This document shows positions 25,701-40,240 of a DNA stretch of 64,000 nucleotides, in pieces. The notes under the pieces were generated by a model. It was not told the origin of the DNA. It saw only the letters and a program-made list of their open reading frames with translations, and did no database searches. The first letter of the stretch is position 1. Each line of letters opens with the position of its first letter. A program made the translations under genes and the position numbers. The stretch comes from Rhizophagus irregularis (lineage: Eukaryota): contig NC_089430.1 in the NCBI RefSeq assembly GCF_026210795.1, forward strand, positions 5,828,001 through 5,892,000, given 5' to 3'.

Positions 25701-28700
25701 TTGTAAATAAGGTATTATTGAAATTTTGAAATTTTAATTTTGCTATTTCTATTAACATGTTATATTTATAGCTTAAAATAGATTATATAGTTTATGGAGT
25801 GACTCAAAATCCACAAACAAAAGATTATATGATGGTATTGAATGATAAATGTAAAAAATGTAACCGTGTATGTTATGCAATACACTTTCAACAAAATTTT
25901 GAAAGTTGGACTAGTGGTAATGATTATATTGATAAATTTATTCAAGACACTCAGCTATCAGCTCATTATATCATAAAGGAAGCATTAGAATGGATACCTT
26001 ATAATAGATTTCGTGATATTAAATATATTGAGGAAAAAAAAGTGCGTGGAGCAAATTGGATTGATGGATACATTAATGAATGGAATAATGAAAATCAAAA
26101 TCGGAAAAGATTCCACAAAAATATGTCAGTAGTTTTGAAAAGTTTAAACAATCCAAAAAATATTAAATTAGAAAGTACTAATGAGGTAAAAATAAATTTA
26201 TTATTTTAATTAAATTTTTAAAATTTTGAATTTTTTTAATTTTTACTGTGTATTATATTTGTAGGTTAATAGACTTTATGGAATAACTCAAGATCCACAA
26301 ACAAAAGATTATATGATGGTATTGAATGATAAATGTAAAAAATGTAATTATGTATGTAATGCAATACACTTTCAACAAAACTTTGAAAGTTGGACTAGTG
26401 TAAATGATGATATTGATAAATTTATTCAAGACACTCAGCTATCAGTTCATTATAGGCCAGAAGAGGCATTGGAATGGATATCCTATGATAGATTTCGTGA
26501 TATTAAACATATTGAGGAAAAAAAAGTGTATAGAGCAAATTGGATTGATGGATACATTAATGAATGGAATAATGAAAATCAAAATTGGAAAAGATTCAAC
26601 CAAAATATGTTGGTAGATTTGAAATATTTAAATGACCCAAAAAATGCTACATTAGTATTTGTGAATAAGGTATTATTGAAATTTTGAAATTTTAATTTTA
26701 CTATTTCTATTAACATGTTATATTTATAGTTTAAAATAGATTATATAGTTTATGGAGTGACTCAAAATCCACAAACAAAAGATTATATGATGGTATTGAA
26801 TGATAAATGTAAAAAATGTAACCATGTATGTTATGCAATACATTTTCAACAAAATTTTGAAAGTTGGACTAGTGGTAATAATGATATTGATAAATTTATT
26901 CAAGATACTCAGTTATCAGTTCATGAAGCTAATGAAATATCACATGCATTAGAATGGATACCTTATAATAGATTTTGTGATATTAAACATATTGAAGAAA
27001 AAAAAGTGTATAGAGCAAATTGGATTGATGGATACATTAATGAATGGAATAATGAAAATCAAAATTGGAAAAAATTCAACCAAAATATGTTGGTAGATTT
27101 GAAATATTTAAATGACCCAAAAAATGCTATATTAGAATTTGTGAATAAGGTATTATTGAAATTTTGAAATTTTAATTTTACTATTTCTATTAACATGTTA
27201 TATTTATAGCTTAAAATAGATTATATAGTTTATGGAGTGACTCAAAATCCACAAACAAAAGATTATATGATGGTATTGAATGATAAATGTAAAAAATGTA
27301 ACCGTGTATGTTATGCAATACACTTTCAACAAAATTTTGAAAGTTGGACTAGTGGTAATAATGATATTGATAAATTTATTCAAGATACTCAGTTATCAGT
27401 TCATGAAGCTAATGAAATATCACATGCATTAGAATGGATACCTTATAATAGATTTCGTGATATTAAACATATTGAAGAAAAAAAAGTGTATAGAGCAAAT
27501 TGGATTGATGGATACATTAATGAATGGAATAATGAAAATCAAAATTGGAAAAAACTCAACCAAAATATGTTGGTAGATTTGAAATATTTAAATGACCCAA
27601 AAAATGCTATATTAGAATTTGTGAATAAGGTATTATTGAAATTTTGAAATTTTAATTTTGCTATTTTTATTAACATGTTATATTTATAGCTTAAAATAGA
27701 TTATATAGTTTATGGAGTGACTCAAAATCCACAAACAAAAGATTATATGATGGTATTAAATGATAAATGTAAAAAATGTAACCGTGTATGTTATGCAATA
27801 CACTTTCAACAAAATTTTGAATGTTGGACTAGTGGTAATGATAACATTGATAAATTTATTCAAGACACTCAGCTATTAGCTCATTATAGCACAAAAGGAG
27901 CATTAGAATGGATACCATATAATAAATTTAATGATATTAAGTATATTGAAAAAATTGGAATGTATATAGCAAATTGGATTAATGGATTTGTACATGATTG
28001 GGATTATAAAAGTCAAAGTTGGAGAAGAAAAGATCAAAATATGTATGTGATTCTGAAATATTTTAACACTGTAGAAAATATTGCATCGGTATTTGAGAAT
28101 AGTAAGGTATAATAAATTTATTATTCGTAAAATTTTTATTAATTTTGATTTTCACTAATGCACTATATTTGTAGAAAACTACAATACATAAAATTTATGG
28201 AATAACTCAGAAACCGGGAACAAAAAATTATATGATAGTTTTGAATAATACATGTAAAAAATGTAATTATGAATGTAATGTAACACATTATCAACAGAAT
28301 TTTAAAAATTGGACTAGTGATAATAATGATATTGATAAATTTATTCAGGATACTCAGCTATCAGCCCATAAATATACTACAAGTGCATTAGAATGGATAC
28401 CTTATAATAGATTCCACAATATTGAATATATTGCAAAAGGCGGATTTAGTAAAATATATAAAGCAAACTGGATTGATGGGTATATTCATAAATGGAATAG
28501 ATATAATAATAACTGGGAAAGACAAGATAAAAATATGGTTGTAGCTCTGAAAAGTTTAAATGATTCAAAAAATATTACATTAGAATTTATGAATGAGGTA
28601 TGAATACTTATTACTTAAATTTTTAATAATTTTAATTTTCTAATATCATTTTTTATGCCTTTTATATGTAGTTGATATTTCATCATGAAGTAGAATTTGA

Positions 28701-29815
28701 TCATGGAAGTGTCAAATTCTATGGGATAACTCAAGATCCAGAAACAAATAATTATGTAATGATCTTGGAATATGCAGATGATGGAAGTTTACGAAAATAT
28801 TTGGACGCAAATTTTAATAAATTAAATTGGAAAAGCAAAATTATTTGCTTATTTGAAATTATAACTGAACTTGAATTTATTCATGAAAATAATTTGATTC
28901 ATCGAGACTTGCATATTGGTAATATATTAAAGTTTCAATATAAAACTGCTATAACTGATATGGGATTGTGTAAACCTGCAAATTGTAATACACAAAAAAA
29001 TCACATATATGGTGTTTTGCCTTATATTGCTCCTGAAATTTTACAGGGAAAAACTTATACAAAAGCTGCAGATATTTATAGTTTTGGTATAATTATGTAT
29101 GAAATAATTTCTGGACTACCTCCATATCATGATATGAGACATGATGAATATTTAGCAATAAAAATCTGTAATGGAATTAGACCAAGATTTAATATTAAAA
29201 TACCTCAATTAATTGTGCATTTAATTAAAAGATGCCTAGATGCAAATCCATCAAAGAGATTAAAAGCGGAAGAAATTAGAGATATTTTATACATATGGCA
29301 ATATAAATCAACTAACAAACAAACGATAAAATTACAAGCACAAATTAAAGAAGCAGATTTAGTAAACAATAATTTATCAAATAATAGTATGCTTTCAACT
29401 AGTTTATCATATAAAACACACTCAGAAGCTACTTATACAAGTAGATTACTTGAATTTAATAATCTTCCTGAACCAAAAAATTCTGATGATTATTATGAAC
29501 AAAATGATAACATAATTAGCATTAAAACTTCAGGTAGTGTTTAATAAAAAGTATTTAAATTAATTATGAAGAATACTAATAAACTGTTATTTATTAAACA
29601 GTGTCATTATCTCAACAAATTGATGTTTCTCGATTGGACATTAATGATAATAATCTTTCTGAACCAAAAAATTCTGTCTACGAACAAAATAATGACATAA
29701 CAAGCATGGAATGTTCAGGTATTAATTAAATATTTATGAAATAAATTGAGATTTATAAATACTAATAAATTTATTTTGTTAAGTAGAATCTTTACAAATT
29801 GATATTCTCAATTGA
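22800..29815 (+). CDS. Tyrosine-kinase-like (TKL) protein kinase with 12 tandem exon-encoded Cys-knuckle/N-lobe modules
   Basis: Twelve exons of about 130 aa (YGITQDP..CKKC..C..HFQQNF..WTSGN..IDKFIQ..LEWIPY..ANWIDG..LK). The last has AKGGFSKIYKA and VALK. The C-lobe exon from 28672 has HRDLHIGN, DMG, APE and DIYSFG, followed by short tail exons. Confidence 0.9.
23229..23338. mobile_element. Small TCACC..GGTGA MITE in kinase intron 1
   Basis: IR ATCACCGGATGATGATCACC ... GGTGATGATCACCCCGGTGAT; this intron is longer than its sister introns. Confidence 0.55.
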
Positions 29816-30379
29816 ATATATTGAATATTAACAAAGATGATAAATTGTAAGTTAAATGATAACGGATGCAAAAAAAACAGTCTATGACAATTATAATTTA
29901 ATTTTTTCGCATTATTTATTTTTATTATTATTTCAACGTGAATTAAGCAACGGTTTTTCGCATTATTTAGCTTTTTTTTAATAGTAGTATTATTTTTCGC
30001 ATTATAATTTAAATTCTATTTAATGCTTAGCTTTTTTTAGTACTATAATTTTAGAATTGGATGTACTTTTTTTTTTTGCTTTGCTTTTCAGCATTAGCAA
30101 TTTTTTTTTTCTAGACTAGATTGGGGATAAGAGTAGCGTTAAATAGAACTTTAAATTGTAATGTATTTTTCAATTAAATAAAAATATTTATATTTATATT
30201 ATAAAATGTAACAAAATAAAATGATAGATTCCGTTTTTTGTACTGTATATAAAAATTTAGTGTTAGTATGCTGACATGAAAAATTTCAACGCAAATTTCC
30301 AATTGTAAATATTTTGTATTTAATATTGTTTTACCAGAATTATGAAGCTTATTTCTAATGAAAATACGGTATAAAAAGT

Positions 30380-30804
30380 CATCACGGCGGATTTATGAAA
30401 TACGCAAATTAAATAAATATTTAACAATATTTTAGTCACCAAATTTTTATTTTAAGTCCCCAAATATATTAGTGAAAGCCAAAAATGAGCCCAAAAAATT
30501 TTTTTTGTACCCCAAATCTTGCGTTTAACCACTTTTCCAACTAAATCCATTTTCCCAGTGTTAAAGGCGCGTCATTCTTTGACATTTTTTAGAAAAAGCT
30601 GTAAGTCTATTTTAATTCCCGAGGGCGCAGCAGGGTTTTTGCCTACTCGAAAAAAACTAAGTCCCTCAGATACTTATAGAAAATGGAAACAAGGAAGGGT
30701 GTGACGCATGTGACAAAAAAACAGTCACGTGAATTTTCGTGACATTTTTGAAGGGTACGCAGGGGAAATCGGTTTTTGCCAAATTTCATAAATCCGCCGC
30801 AATG
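30380..30804 (-). mobile_element. MITE family A copy 3, with a 127-bp insert (30644-30770)
   Basis: TIRs CATCACGGCGGATTTATGAAA and TTTCATAAATCCGCCGCAATG. The insert is bounded by GGTTTTTGCC direct repeats and matches 62321-62450. Confidence 0.75.
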
Positions 30805-31757
30805 TATAAGATAAATATCATTGATGTTTAATGACCCATATCAAATATCACATATTTAATCGGTCTAGTTATCACCGTTTATTATGCAGCCAAATAGGAT
30901 CATGTTGTTTTTAACATACTGATATTTTTTGGATAAATTATTATTGCGTAAATATCTTTGATATTTTGACGCATTACGTCATATAAATTAATTATCACAG
31001 TTTTTCATATGGAACATGATCTTGGACGTCTGCATAATAACACAGTTATTAGGTATGGTGGTTAAAATGTCATCCGAACTGCTTTGCAGTTCGGTGATAT
31101 TTCAACCCCCCCTACCCAATAAATATTATATACTGTACATCCGAGGTGGGCACATCGCGTCGTACAGTCGTACTGATCGAAAATTCTGGGCGGACCATCG
31201 ACCACAGACAGATTTGGTACGAATTTAATCCGATCGTGATAATCGCGATAAAATTATCGTAGTTGATAAAAATTTGATTTGTACAGTTTGTTATATGCAA
31301 ATTTGATTTTTTTAAAGAAATTAGTCATTATCGTTATTAGAAAATAAAAATGCAACCACGTCTTACAGGAAAAAAAAAATAATAACAATAAAAAATAAAA
31401 TTCGACATCAAAACAAATGTTATTTTACTTTTTTTATTTAATAATTTGATTTTGACCAAATCAATTGAAAATATTTTGAAAATAATTCAACTATACTATT
31501 TTATATAAAAAAAAAATACAAATTTATTTTTTTACTTTGAGTAAAGAAGGAGGTATTTTTAGTGAAAATGTTTTTTTGATCAAACTATTTGTAAAAAAAA
31601 AAAAATGTTTTTAAAATAATTCACTATTCACTATACTATTTAAAATTTCTAATGTTTTAACTTTTTGAGAAATAGATTCAATCAATAGATGATATTTTAT
31701 TTTAGTTAACGACCCACTCCGTTAATATTTAAATTGAATTACAAATTATCAAGTAAT

Positions 31758-34700
31758 TCAATTCAATGACCTTTTTAATACCTCGATGTCATCATTTATA
31801 TCATCATTTTTAGGTAATACGTTAATAGTATTACTTTTAGATTTTTTTCCCGCCGTTTTTTGTTTATTCTTCACGTTAGGTTTAATATTAATAACATTAT
31901 TTACATTACTTTCACTAGTTTCATTAACAATATCGCACAAAACATCATATGCCACCCAAGGAAAAGAAATCATCCTTTCGGAAGGATTACCTTTTAATTC
32001 TGCGGGATGATATGTTACAAAATACCAAGCAGCAGCTTTAGCTCTCATTCTATTATGAGCTACAGGTGAAATTATATTAGTTCCTTTTCCATAAAATTCT
32101 TCTTCAAATAATTTTCGATAATGTCGTCTAATTGAAATAAAAGCATCCATCACGGATTTATTTATATCTCGTGATTTTTTTCTTTCTAAATTTATGATAG
32201 TATTCACGATATATCCACTAGTCACTTCAAATTCAGTTTTAACACCATATTGATTCATTAATCCTTTTATATCTGCATCATATGTACTTTTGATCTTTCG
32301 TGCCTCCTCCACATAAGTTTTATATCCTTGAACATGTAATCTATCATCAAGAACCATTTGATAACTTGGATTAAACGCTTCTTCATTAATAGAACGATAT
32401 AATATACCTAAAACTTTTTCCGATATATAAGTAGGTTTATCATGTTTTTCCATAAAATCTGGAAAAGTATTAGCTCGAAGTACTGATGATAGTATTGCTG
32501 GTTTTCCTGTTTTTGGAAAATCTACTGCTTCGGAATGTAATTGTGCCAATCTTATACATTGTCCGTGAAATGCCCCAGTTTCAAAATGATCTGCTTTCGC
32601 CAAATGTGAATTTGCTATTATACCAAGTTGATCAGATAAAATATAATTTACAAAAAATGATTGAACATCTTCAATTGTTACATTTTCAATATAGTCAGGT
32701 CTTTGAGCTTCATATGCCATAGGTTCAATACGTTTTTTCTTGGGGATTAGACGTTCATCATATATAATACTAAAAAAAAAAATTTTTTTTTATTAACGAT
32801 AAATTTTTATTAACGATAAATTTAAAAAGAAATAATTCAAAAAAACTTTAATTATTTATACTTACGTAAAATCGTCACCATCTAAATCGCCACCACTACA
32901 TTGACTAGGGATATCTCGATAACCAGTCGCTGGGAATACCACAACATCCATAAGATTACTCAAATTTTTACAATTAACAGCTGTAACTACTCGTATATCA
33001 CCAGGATGAAAGCATGGATTTCGAAACACAATACAGGTTCCAGTGATCACTCTTCTACCATTTCTACCATTTGGATCTGTGACGCAACAATAAATTTCAT
33101 TTTCATTTAAACTTTGAGTTTCATCTAAAACTCCTAATAAAAATGCGCCTTTTTCTACACGGATTTTAGCTTTTTTCTTGAGATCTCTCAACATCACAAG
33201 ACGGAATAAGGAAATTAAATTCGTAACATAAGGATCTTTTATTTGTAAAAATCCGGCTTTTACAAGATCTGCCAATTCCCTTGATATCCCATATTCATCA
33301 GAATTTTTTTGTAAAAGTTTTATAGCCGTTCTTTCATCATTAAATATTTTGTTCAATTCATTAACTTGTAAATCTTTCATTTCAATGAATACATTATCAG
33401 GTATTCCTAATGTAGATAATAATGTTATGGCTTGTCGATTAAGATATGCTGGAATAAAATTCGAACATCTAATAACTTCCAATACATTATGACTAGATTC
33501 AAATTTATATTGACTAGGACGAACTTTTATCTCATCACCTCGTACGAAACGTGATTGGCATAATACACCCTTGTAACCAGCCAGTCTAAATTGAAAAGCA
33601 CTAGGAATATATTTTAATTCTAATTCTTGAGCGATTTTATTTGCTAATGAAAAAGATAATTTTCCGGTACCATCAGAAAATGTGTAACCATTTTTAACGA
33701 TATCAGATATTTCTTCAATATTATTCACAGGTAAATCTTGAATTTCACGGGTACTTGAAAAACATTGCCCCATACGAGCAGCATATTTTGCAACATTTTT
33801 AATACTGGTAAAATCCCCCATCCAATCCCTAATATGATTTGCGGTTAAATCCTCAGTTGATGCGAAAAACCAACAAGAATGATCCCTTAATTGACTTGAA
33901 GAAAAAGCCAAAAATTCGTAATGTCTATTACCAATCTTGATACCACGATTTAAAGTATGATAAATTCTATTGTATAAAGCGTAAATATTATTCCCATTTG
34001 AAGAACCAACTTTTCCACATGCTTCATCTACAAATTGAATACGTAAAAAATTATCCATTTTATCACGAAAACGTCGAATCACTCTATTTGAAGTTTCAAT
34101 AGTAGGATGTAAAAGATACATAGTTGTAGGAGAGATTACAACTTTACGCATCATAACACAATGTGATGGTATATATTTTGGATTAATATCGACATGATTA
34201 GATTTTATGATCTGCAACTCAGATCGTAAATATGTCAAAGGATCGTAAATACGTTTCTTTCTTGAGTAAATCCCCTCCAATATATAAATAGCGACATGAA
34301 TTGGTAATTTTGATAATAAAATAATGAAATCTTCCTTAAGATTATAATTATTAAGATAATTAAAAGAAATATTACTTTCTAACATATAAAGAACACGAAA
34401 ATTTAACTTTGAACGATCAACAACTTTTTGTAAAATACTTCCATCAATGGTACATAATGGGATCGTTTCATCAATATTAATATTTTTTGATACTAAATTA
34501 TATTCTTTGGATAAGTCAATCATTCTCTTAAAACGTTTAACACCTTCAAAAGGTTTGTCACCAACCATATCTAAATTTAAAGTAATCCTAAAAGCGAGAC
34601 ATCTACCCAATTTTTCACTTTTATCAGGCATATTAGGTTGAAGAGGTATTTCCTTTTCTTCTTTAGATTTTGGAGTAACGCGAAGTTCAGTTTTACGCTT

Positions 34701-35515
34701 CCAAGAATCATCATAACACCAATTGAAATTGTCTTTAGATTGTAATCTATTATCCAATACCCAATATTTTGCAGGAAACTTATTAGCAATAGTTATTGAA
34801 CCGATAGGACCTTTTTCCGTATTTTCAAGTACAACATGAAAGTCACCATCTACATCTTTAAAAGCGATTTCCAACTTAAAAAAGTGACATCTTTGATCGA
34901 ACGGAACACCAAATTCGATTATTATACAACGTCTTTGATAATTAATAGTGAATTTCACAGCTTCGATATATTTAAATTCCGGAACAAAAGTATTCGGATC
35001 TAGATAACCTCCCATCTCTAAACTTGCAGCTGGAAAAGTATAAAATTTTAATTTTGTTTTCCCATCTTGATCGACAAAAGTCATTGTACTATGACTATGA
35101 TAAGCTATTCTTAAAAGTTTTCTATTGATACGTATTTGTTTAGCCCAAAATGGGTAATCGGGTACAGGTCTATGGAAAAAAAAAAAATAAATAATTTTTT
35201 TTATGATAAATAAATTGATGACGATTTTAGGTAACAATAACAAACAAAATAAAAATAAGATTATACGAACTTGAAAGTGACATATGCAACGCCTTTACTT
35301 TCATCATCATCTGTCGTTTCAATTTCTACCTTATGAACGGCTCCATGATCGCTAAATAAATTTCTCAAATCTTGTTCCTTAACGTGAGTAGGAATACCGG
35401 TAACTTTAAATTTTAATTCGATAAAATTTCTCCAATCTTTAGGAGTACCATCTTCAAAAGTATTTATAATGTTAATATTGTTATTATTGTAACGTCGATT
35501 GTTGTTGCGGTTCAT
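31758..35515 (-). CDS. RNAi-type (eukaryotic) RNA-dependent RNA polymerase with N-terminal RRM-like domain (3 exons)
   Basis: FLAFSSSQLR, KYAARMGQCFS, FSDGTG, AFQFRLAGYKG, RNPCFHPGD, catalytic CSGGDLDGD and AVDFPKTG. Confidence 0.95.
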
Positions 35516-37844
35516 TTATCTGTTGGTAATATTATAAGAGTGATGAGCGAAAAGAAATAATTTTTTTTTTTTTTTAAGTTTACGTCGAATATAAATAAAT
35601 TTTTATTTTTATTATTTGTTTGAAAAGGCTAAAATTAACTTATTAGGAATAAAGCTAACAAAATCGTGATTTTATCTCCTAAATCAATAAATACATTGTT
35701 GATCGATACCAGGTTTCATACTAACCTACCTTTCTTTTTTTTCTATAAAAAAAATAATGTCGTAGTGTATTAAACAATACAAAAAATATTTTTTTTTTTT
35801 GGAAAAAAAGGAGTAAAACCAAACATTATATAATCTAACTAAATAGTAAATTAATTTATATAAAAATAATTGAATGCACGATCAATATACATAATCTCTG
35901 CAATCAGTACTTAATATCTGCAGGACGATACATGATAACTCGTGAACCTGTTTTAGCGCATAAACAAATAATCCCTTGTGTAGATCCAAAAAACAAGAAA
36001 AAGGGGAAATGGGAAAAATTAAGTGTATGAAAATAACTTTGTATTATGTGAATTAACAAAAAAACTGGAAAATGTAACTATCTGTACCATATAAAAATCA
36101 AATAAGAATACTTGTGGTTCCTGCAACAAGTAACGACACGGATGAACAGGGCCAGTCGATTAAGCCGTTAAAGGTATGCAACTAGTATAAATATATCTAT
36201 GCACATCTTAAATGAATACATATATATTCTAATATCACGTGATGACGAGAAAAAATTCTTTTACATTTAGCTAAATAAAGCTACGGTTAACCATATTAAT
36301 TGTGCCGTCCTTATTATTGTTCTTTATTTTTGAAATTCTTCCCTTTTAAAGTTAATAAATAAATCAAATGACCGTGTACACACAAAACATCGTTTTAGAA
36401 TTGTTCTCATCTTTGAAATTAATTTAACGTGATGCAATGTCGGAAACGATATAATATTTCAGAAAATGTTACGTAATCATAAAAAGTAATTTTTGTGACA
36501 GGTTAACTACGCTTCAGAAATTAGTTTTTCAGGACGACGTTTGGTTGTCTTTCTTGATCTTACTATAAATTGATGCTAAAATATTCTGGAGGACGTATTT
36601 CTAATTTCTTTTATGTATGATAATTAGTTATTGTTTTTAAAAAAATTTAATATAGTCTTCCGTCATTATTGTAATGATCTACATATATCACTTTGAAGAG
36701 TCATATTCAATCTGACATTGATAATCTCCAGCCGAATTTTTTTTTTTTTTTTTGGCAAAACAAGTTTTATGGGATTTTTAAAATTTTGTCATTTTCTTAA
36801 GCGTGCAACAAAAGACACATTTTGGCGTTAAAAATCGTATTTCCTCATTTCAGGTGAGGCTTGTTTATTTGTTTATATCCTTTCCAAGTTATGAATTACC
36901 TTTTTTATAAGTCATGTGAATATAAATTCTATTGAAATTTAAAACTGGTTAGTTTTTGGAAAATTTTCAAATTTTAGAATTTTTTAACGTAAAATTCAAA
37001 TTTTTTTAAAAAATAAAATTTTTAAATTTTTTTTTACGATTGGTAGTAATTATTTATTTATAAGGTACTTCTGAAGAAACTAGGTAACATGATTCTATAT
37101 TTTTTATAGTTCACATATTTTGACGTAACCCTATTGGTTAATAATTCAAATACCGTGATTTCCAAGAATAAAAATATTCTTACGTAAATTATTAATTTAA
37201 TGATAAAAATTTTTACATAAAACTATTTTATTTTTATTTACAGGAAATTGTTTTTCAGGAGGTTTGTTTGATTGAAATTTAATTTGTGATTCATTCCCAT
37301 GATTACGGTAAATATGAAAAGATTAATTTGATCGGGTAAAAAATTTAATCGATAATACGAGACTTGAAATTTGAATAAGTTTTTATTCTCGCTCATTTTT
37401 TTAATTGAATTTAGAACCATCTGTCATTGTGTATTAAGATTTTCTTTATCGTAGAATAAACTAAATAAACTATCGTTGTTAAGCAGAATTTTGAAATATA
37501 ATATCTAAAAATAATTCATTTCAATTTTTTCGGAAAATAAAAATTTTACTTTAGATTCACAATTCACATTTTATAAAAAGGAAAATTATAAATTTATGAT
37601 CTATATAAACAAGAATATGGAAAAAAAAATTCAACTTTATTAAATTATGAAATATTAACATGATAATTTGTAAACCCGATTTATCGCACGTTTCCTATAG
37701 GATCATACTGATTTTGTTTGACCGATATTTTTTCAATCATCATCGTACAATATTGAATATTTACCTTTTTTTTTCATTTATTTGAGATATCAATCAACAA
37801 TGTAAGGCATGATCTCTACAAAAGATTTTACAATGTATAGAAAA

Positions 37845-37952
37845 CCCTATAAAAAAATTCCGGAAAAAACTCCGATAAATGATCATTTTTCTAATTTTTA
37901 TTCCGAAGAAGCTCAGGCACGTGATCATTTTTCTGAAAGATTTTTTATAGGG
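37845..37952 (+). mobile_element. CCCTATA..TATAGGG MITE (108 bp), TSD AAA
   Basis: Near-identical copy at 51985-52094; terminal IR. Confidence 0.75.
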
Positions 37953-37967
37953 AAAAATTTGAAGACA

Positions 37968-38500
37968 AAAAAAAATTGGATTCTCGTGACCCGGCCTTTA
38001 CAAAAATTCATGATTTTTTCAGTAAAATTTTTATCACGTGACTTTATATAATGAAATTATTTCTTTATTATATAAAATTCAAATTTCAACATATTATTTT
38101 CGTGATCTTTTTAATACTTGAAACTTGGTACTCTTACCATTATTTGAAACTGTTGTATAACACTCATCACAACAATAATAAAACTCTTCCTTTACATTGA
38201 CTCTATCAGATTCGTCACAACATCTTTAAAAAATTCTTCTATGTTCATGTCTTTTTCATAAAAAAATATGCTGATAATAATTGTACATGTCGTGTTTAAT
38301 TCTAAAACAGTATTTGGGTGGGAAGGACTTCCCGTTAAATAAAGAGATTTACAGATCGATAAGGTCGATTTAATATATTACAAAGTTACACATAAAATAT
38401 AATAAACATTACATATAAAAATTTTACATATATAAAAAAAAAACCGGACGGCCGGGTCAATTTTAAAATTTTATGTCACGAGAATCTAATTTTTTTTTTT
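37968..38500. mobile_element. MITE-like element of about 530 bp
   Basis: AAAAATTGGATTCTCGTGAC..TGACCCGGCC mirrored by GGCCGGGTCA..GTCACGAGAATCTAATTTTT. Confidence 0.45.
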
Positions 38501-38859
38501 ACCTAAACAAAATATAGTTAAAATAAAAAATATATATTATGATTTAATAATTGTTTATGCAAACTTAGTACTGAAATATGTCCAAATGTAGATTCCAAAA
38601 ATCTTTTACCAGCTACCATATGTGTTTACTGTATATATGTGTATATAAAAAAAATTACAGCCTAAAAAACTATAGAAAAGCAAAAAAAAAAAAAAATGTT
38701 TTTAAAATTTCATACATATTGTTTTTAAGAAAATTATTTTCTAAAATTTCTAAAAATTATTTAATAGAAAAATTGATTATTATTTAGAAAGCTAAATTTT
38801 CTTGTTTATTTAATCTTTTTGACTGACAAACTTCATAATTAATTAGTTTTTTTGTCTAT

Positions 38860-38962
38860 ATATATGGTGTTTTATCTTATATTGCTCCTGAAATATTAGG
38901 AGACAGATTATAGATTGACCGCAGATATTTATAGTTCCATGTATGAAATAATTTTCGGATTA
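38860..38962 (+). pseudogene. Kinase subdomain VIII-IX relic
   Basis: YGVLSYIAPEIL..ADIYS..MYEII-like DNA matching 29007-29115, with frameshifts. Confidence 0.6.
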
Positions 38963-40110
38963 ATATAATGATTAAAGAAATTGTAGAATTTTAGGTATGA
39001 TGATAATGACTTACAAAAACAGATTAAATATCAAAAATACGAGTATTTGTACGGTTATGCCTTACAGTGTCCGGTCTGATGATCTTTCCGAGTCATGTCA
39101 ATTTTTAGTACAATTCATCATCCAATTAAATTGACGCCCAAAATCTAACCATTGCTAAATAAATTTATTGCTCGTTGACAATAAATACAGCATGGTTAGC
39201 AAGATAATATATTATGACGTGATAAAAAATTTTCTCCTATGAAGAGTTGGCGTGCTAAAGCCCTCCCCTGTAAAAAGTAAATCCGTTTTTTAGATTCCAT
39301 CTTTTTTCCATAAAAGGCTCATATTTCCGGAATTAATAACCATATTTTTATTTTATATAATTTGATTACAAACAAGATAGTTACAACAACAGGGAGCTTT
39401 AAACAGATCCACATAAAAATGATAAAATAAAGTATAAGTATATCAAATTATAAATGAACATTCCCTATAATTATAAATAGAGTTGGGTATGATATATTTT
39501 TATCTCATAATTTAATCAAAATAGCCTAATATTTAAAAGAAATAAAAATTTTACTTGATGTTACTTCACAATCTTTCTTTCAATAATAATTTCTCCAATT
39601 TTGATAAAATTATAATTCAATTAAAAAAGTAAAAAAAAAGTCTAGTTTTAAATCTAAATAAGATCTTTCCCTCACCAGTAAAACTAAACGTCAGATAGGA
39701 TTTAGATTGTGACGTAATCAAATAATGCATATAGTAAAAAAGAGAAAATCAAGAACTCTACAAATTGATGATTCTCGATATATTGATGTTTTTAGGTCAA
39801 TTAATTAAATTGGTGAATTTTAAGAACAAAAAATATCTAAAATAAAATAAATCGATTTCATTTAGTATCTAATTCTTGTAAAATTTAGAGATATCAATCT
39901 GTTGAGAATCACCAATTTGCAGTAAAATATCGATTTGTTGAGAATCGTTAATTTTCGGCGAAATATCGATACGTTGAGTTTGTTGAGAATCAACAATATT
40001 ATTTAGCAAAGATTCTATTTAATGAATTTCATTAGTATAATATAATTTAAATATTTATTCTGCATATATAACAAAAATTATTAATTAATATTTAAGGGTA
40101 TTACTAAATA

Positions 40111-40237
40111 TCACCAGTGGTCACTAGCGGTGAATTTATGATGTAATGTCGGCCAGCCAGTATTTTATTTTATTAGATTTTAATTCTGGCTAAAAGTACA
40201 TCATTAATGCTGGTATGGTGACCATCACCACTGGTGA
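40111..40237. mobile_element. Small TCACC..GGTGA MITE in the 3' intron of the second kinase
   Basis: TCACCAGTGGTCAC ... GTGACCATCACCACTGGTGA. Confidence 0.5.
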
Positions 40238-40240
40238 GCT

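Noticed and set aside
22800..28603. Cluster of 12 independent small genes
   Set aside because: Each ORF ends just past a GT donor and resumes after an AG in frame, so they are exons of a single kinase.
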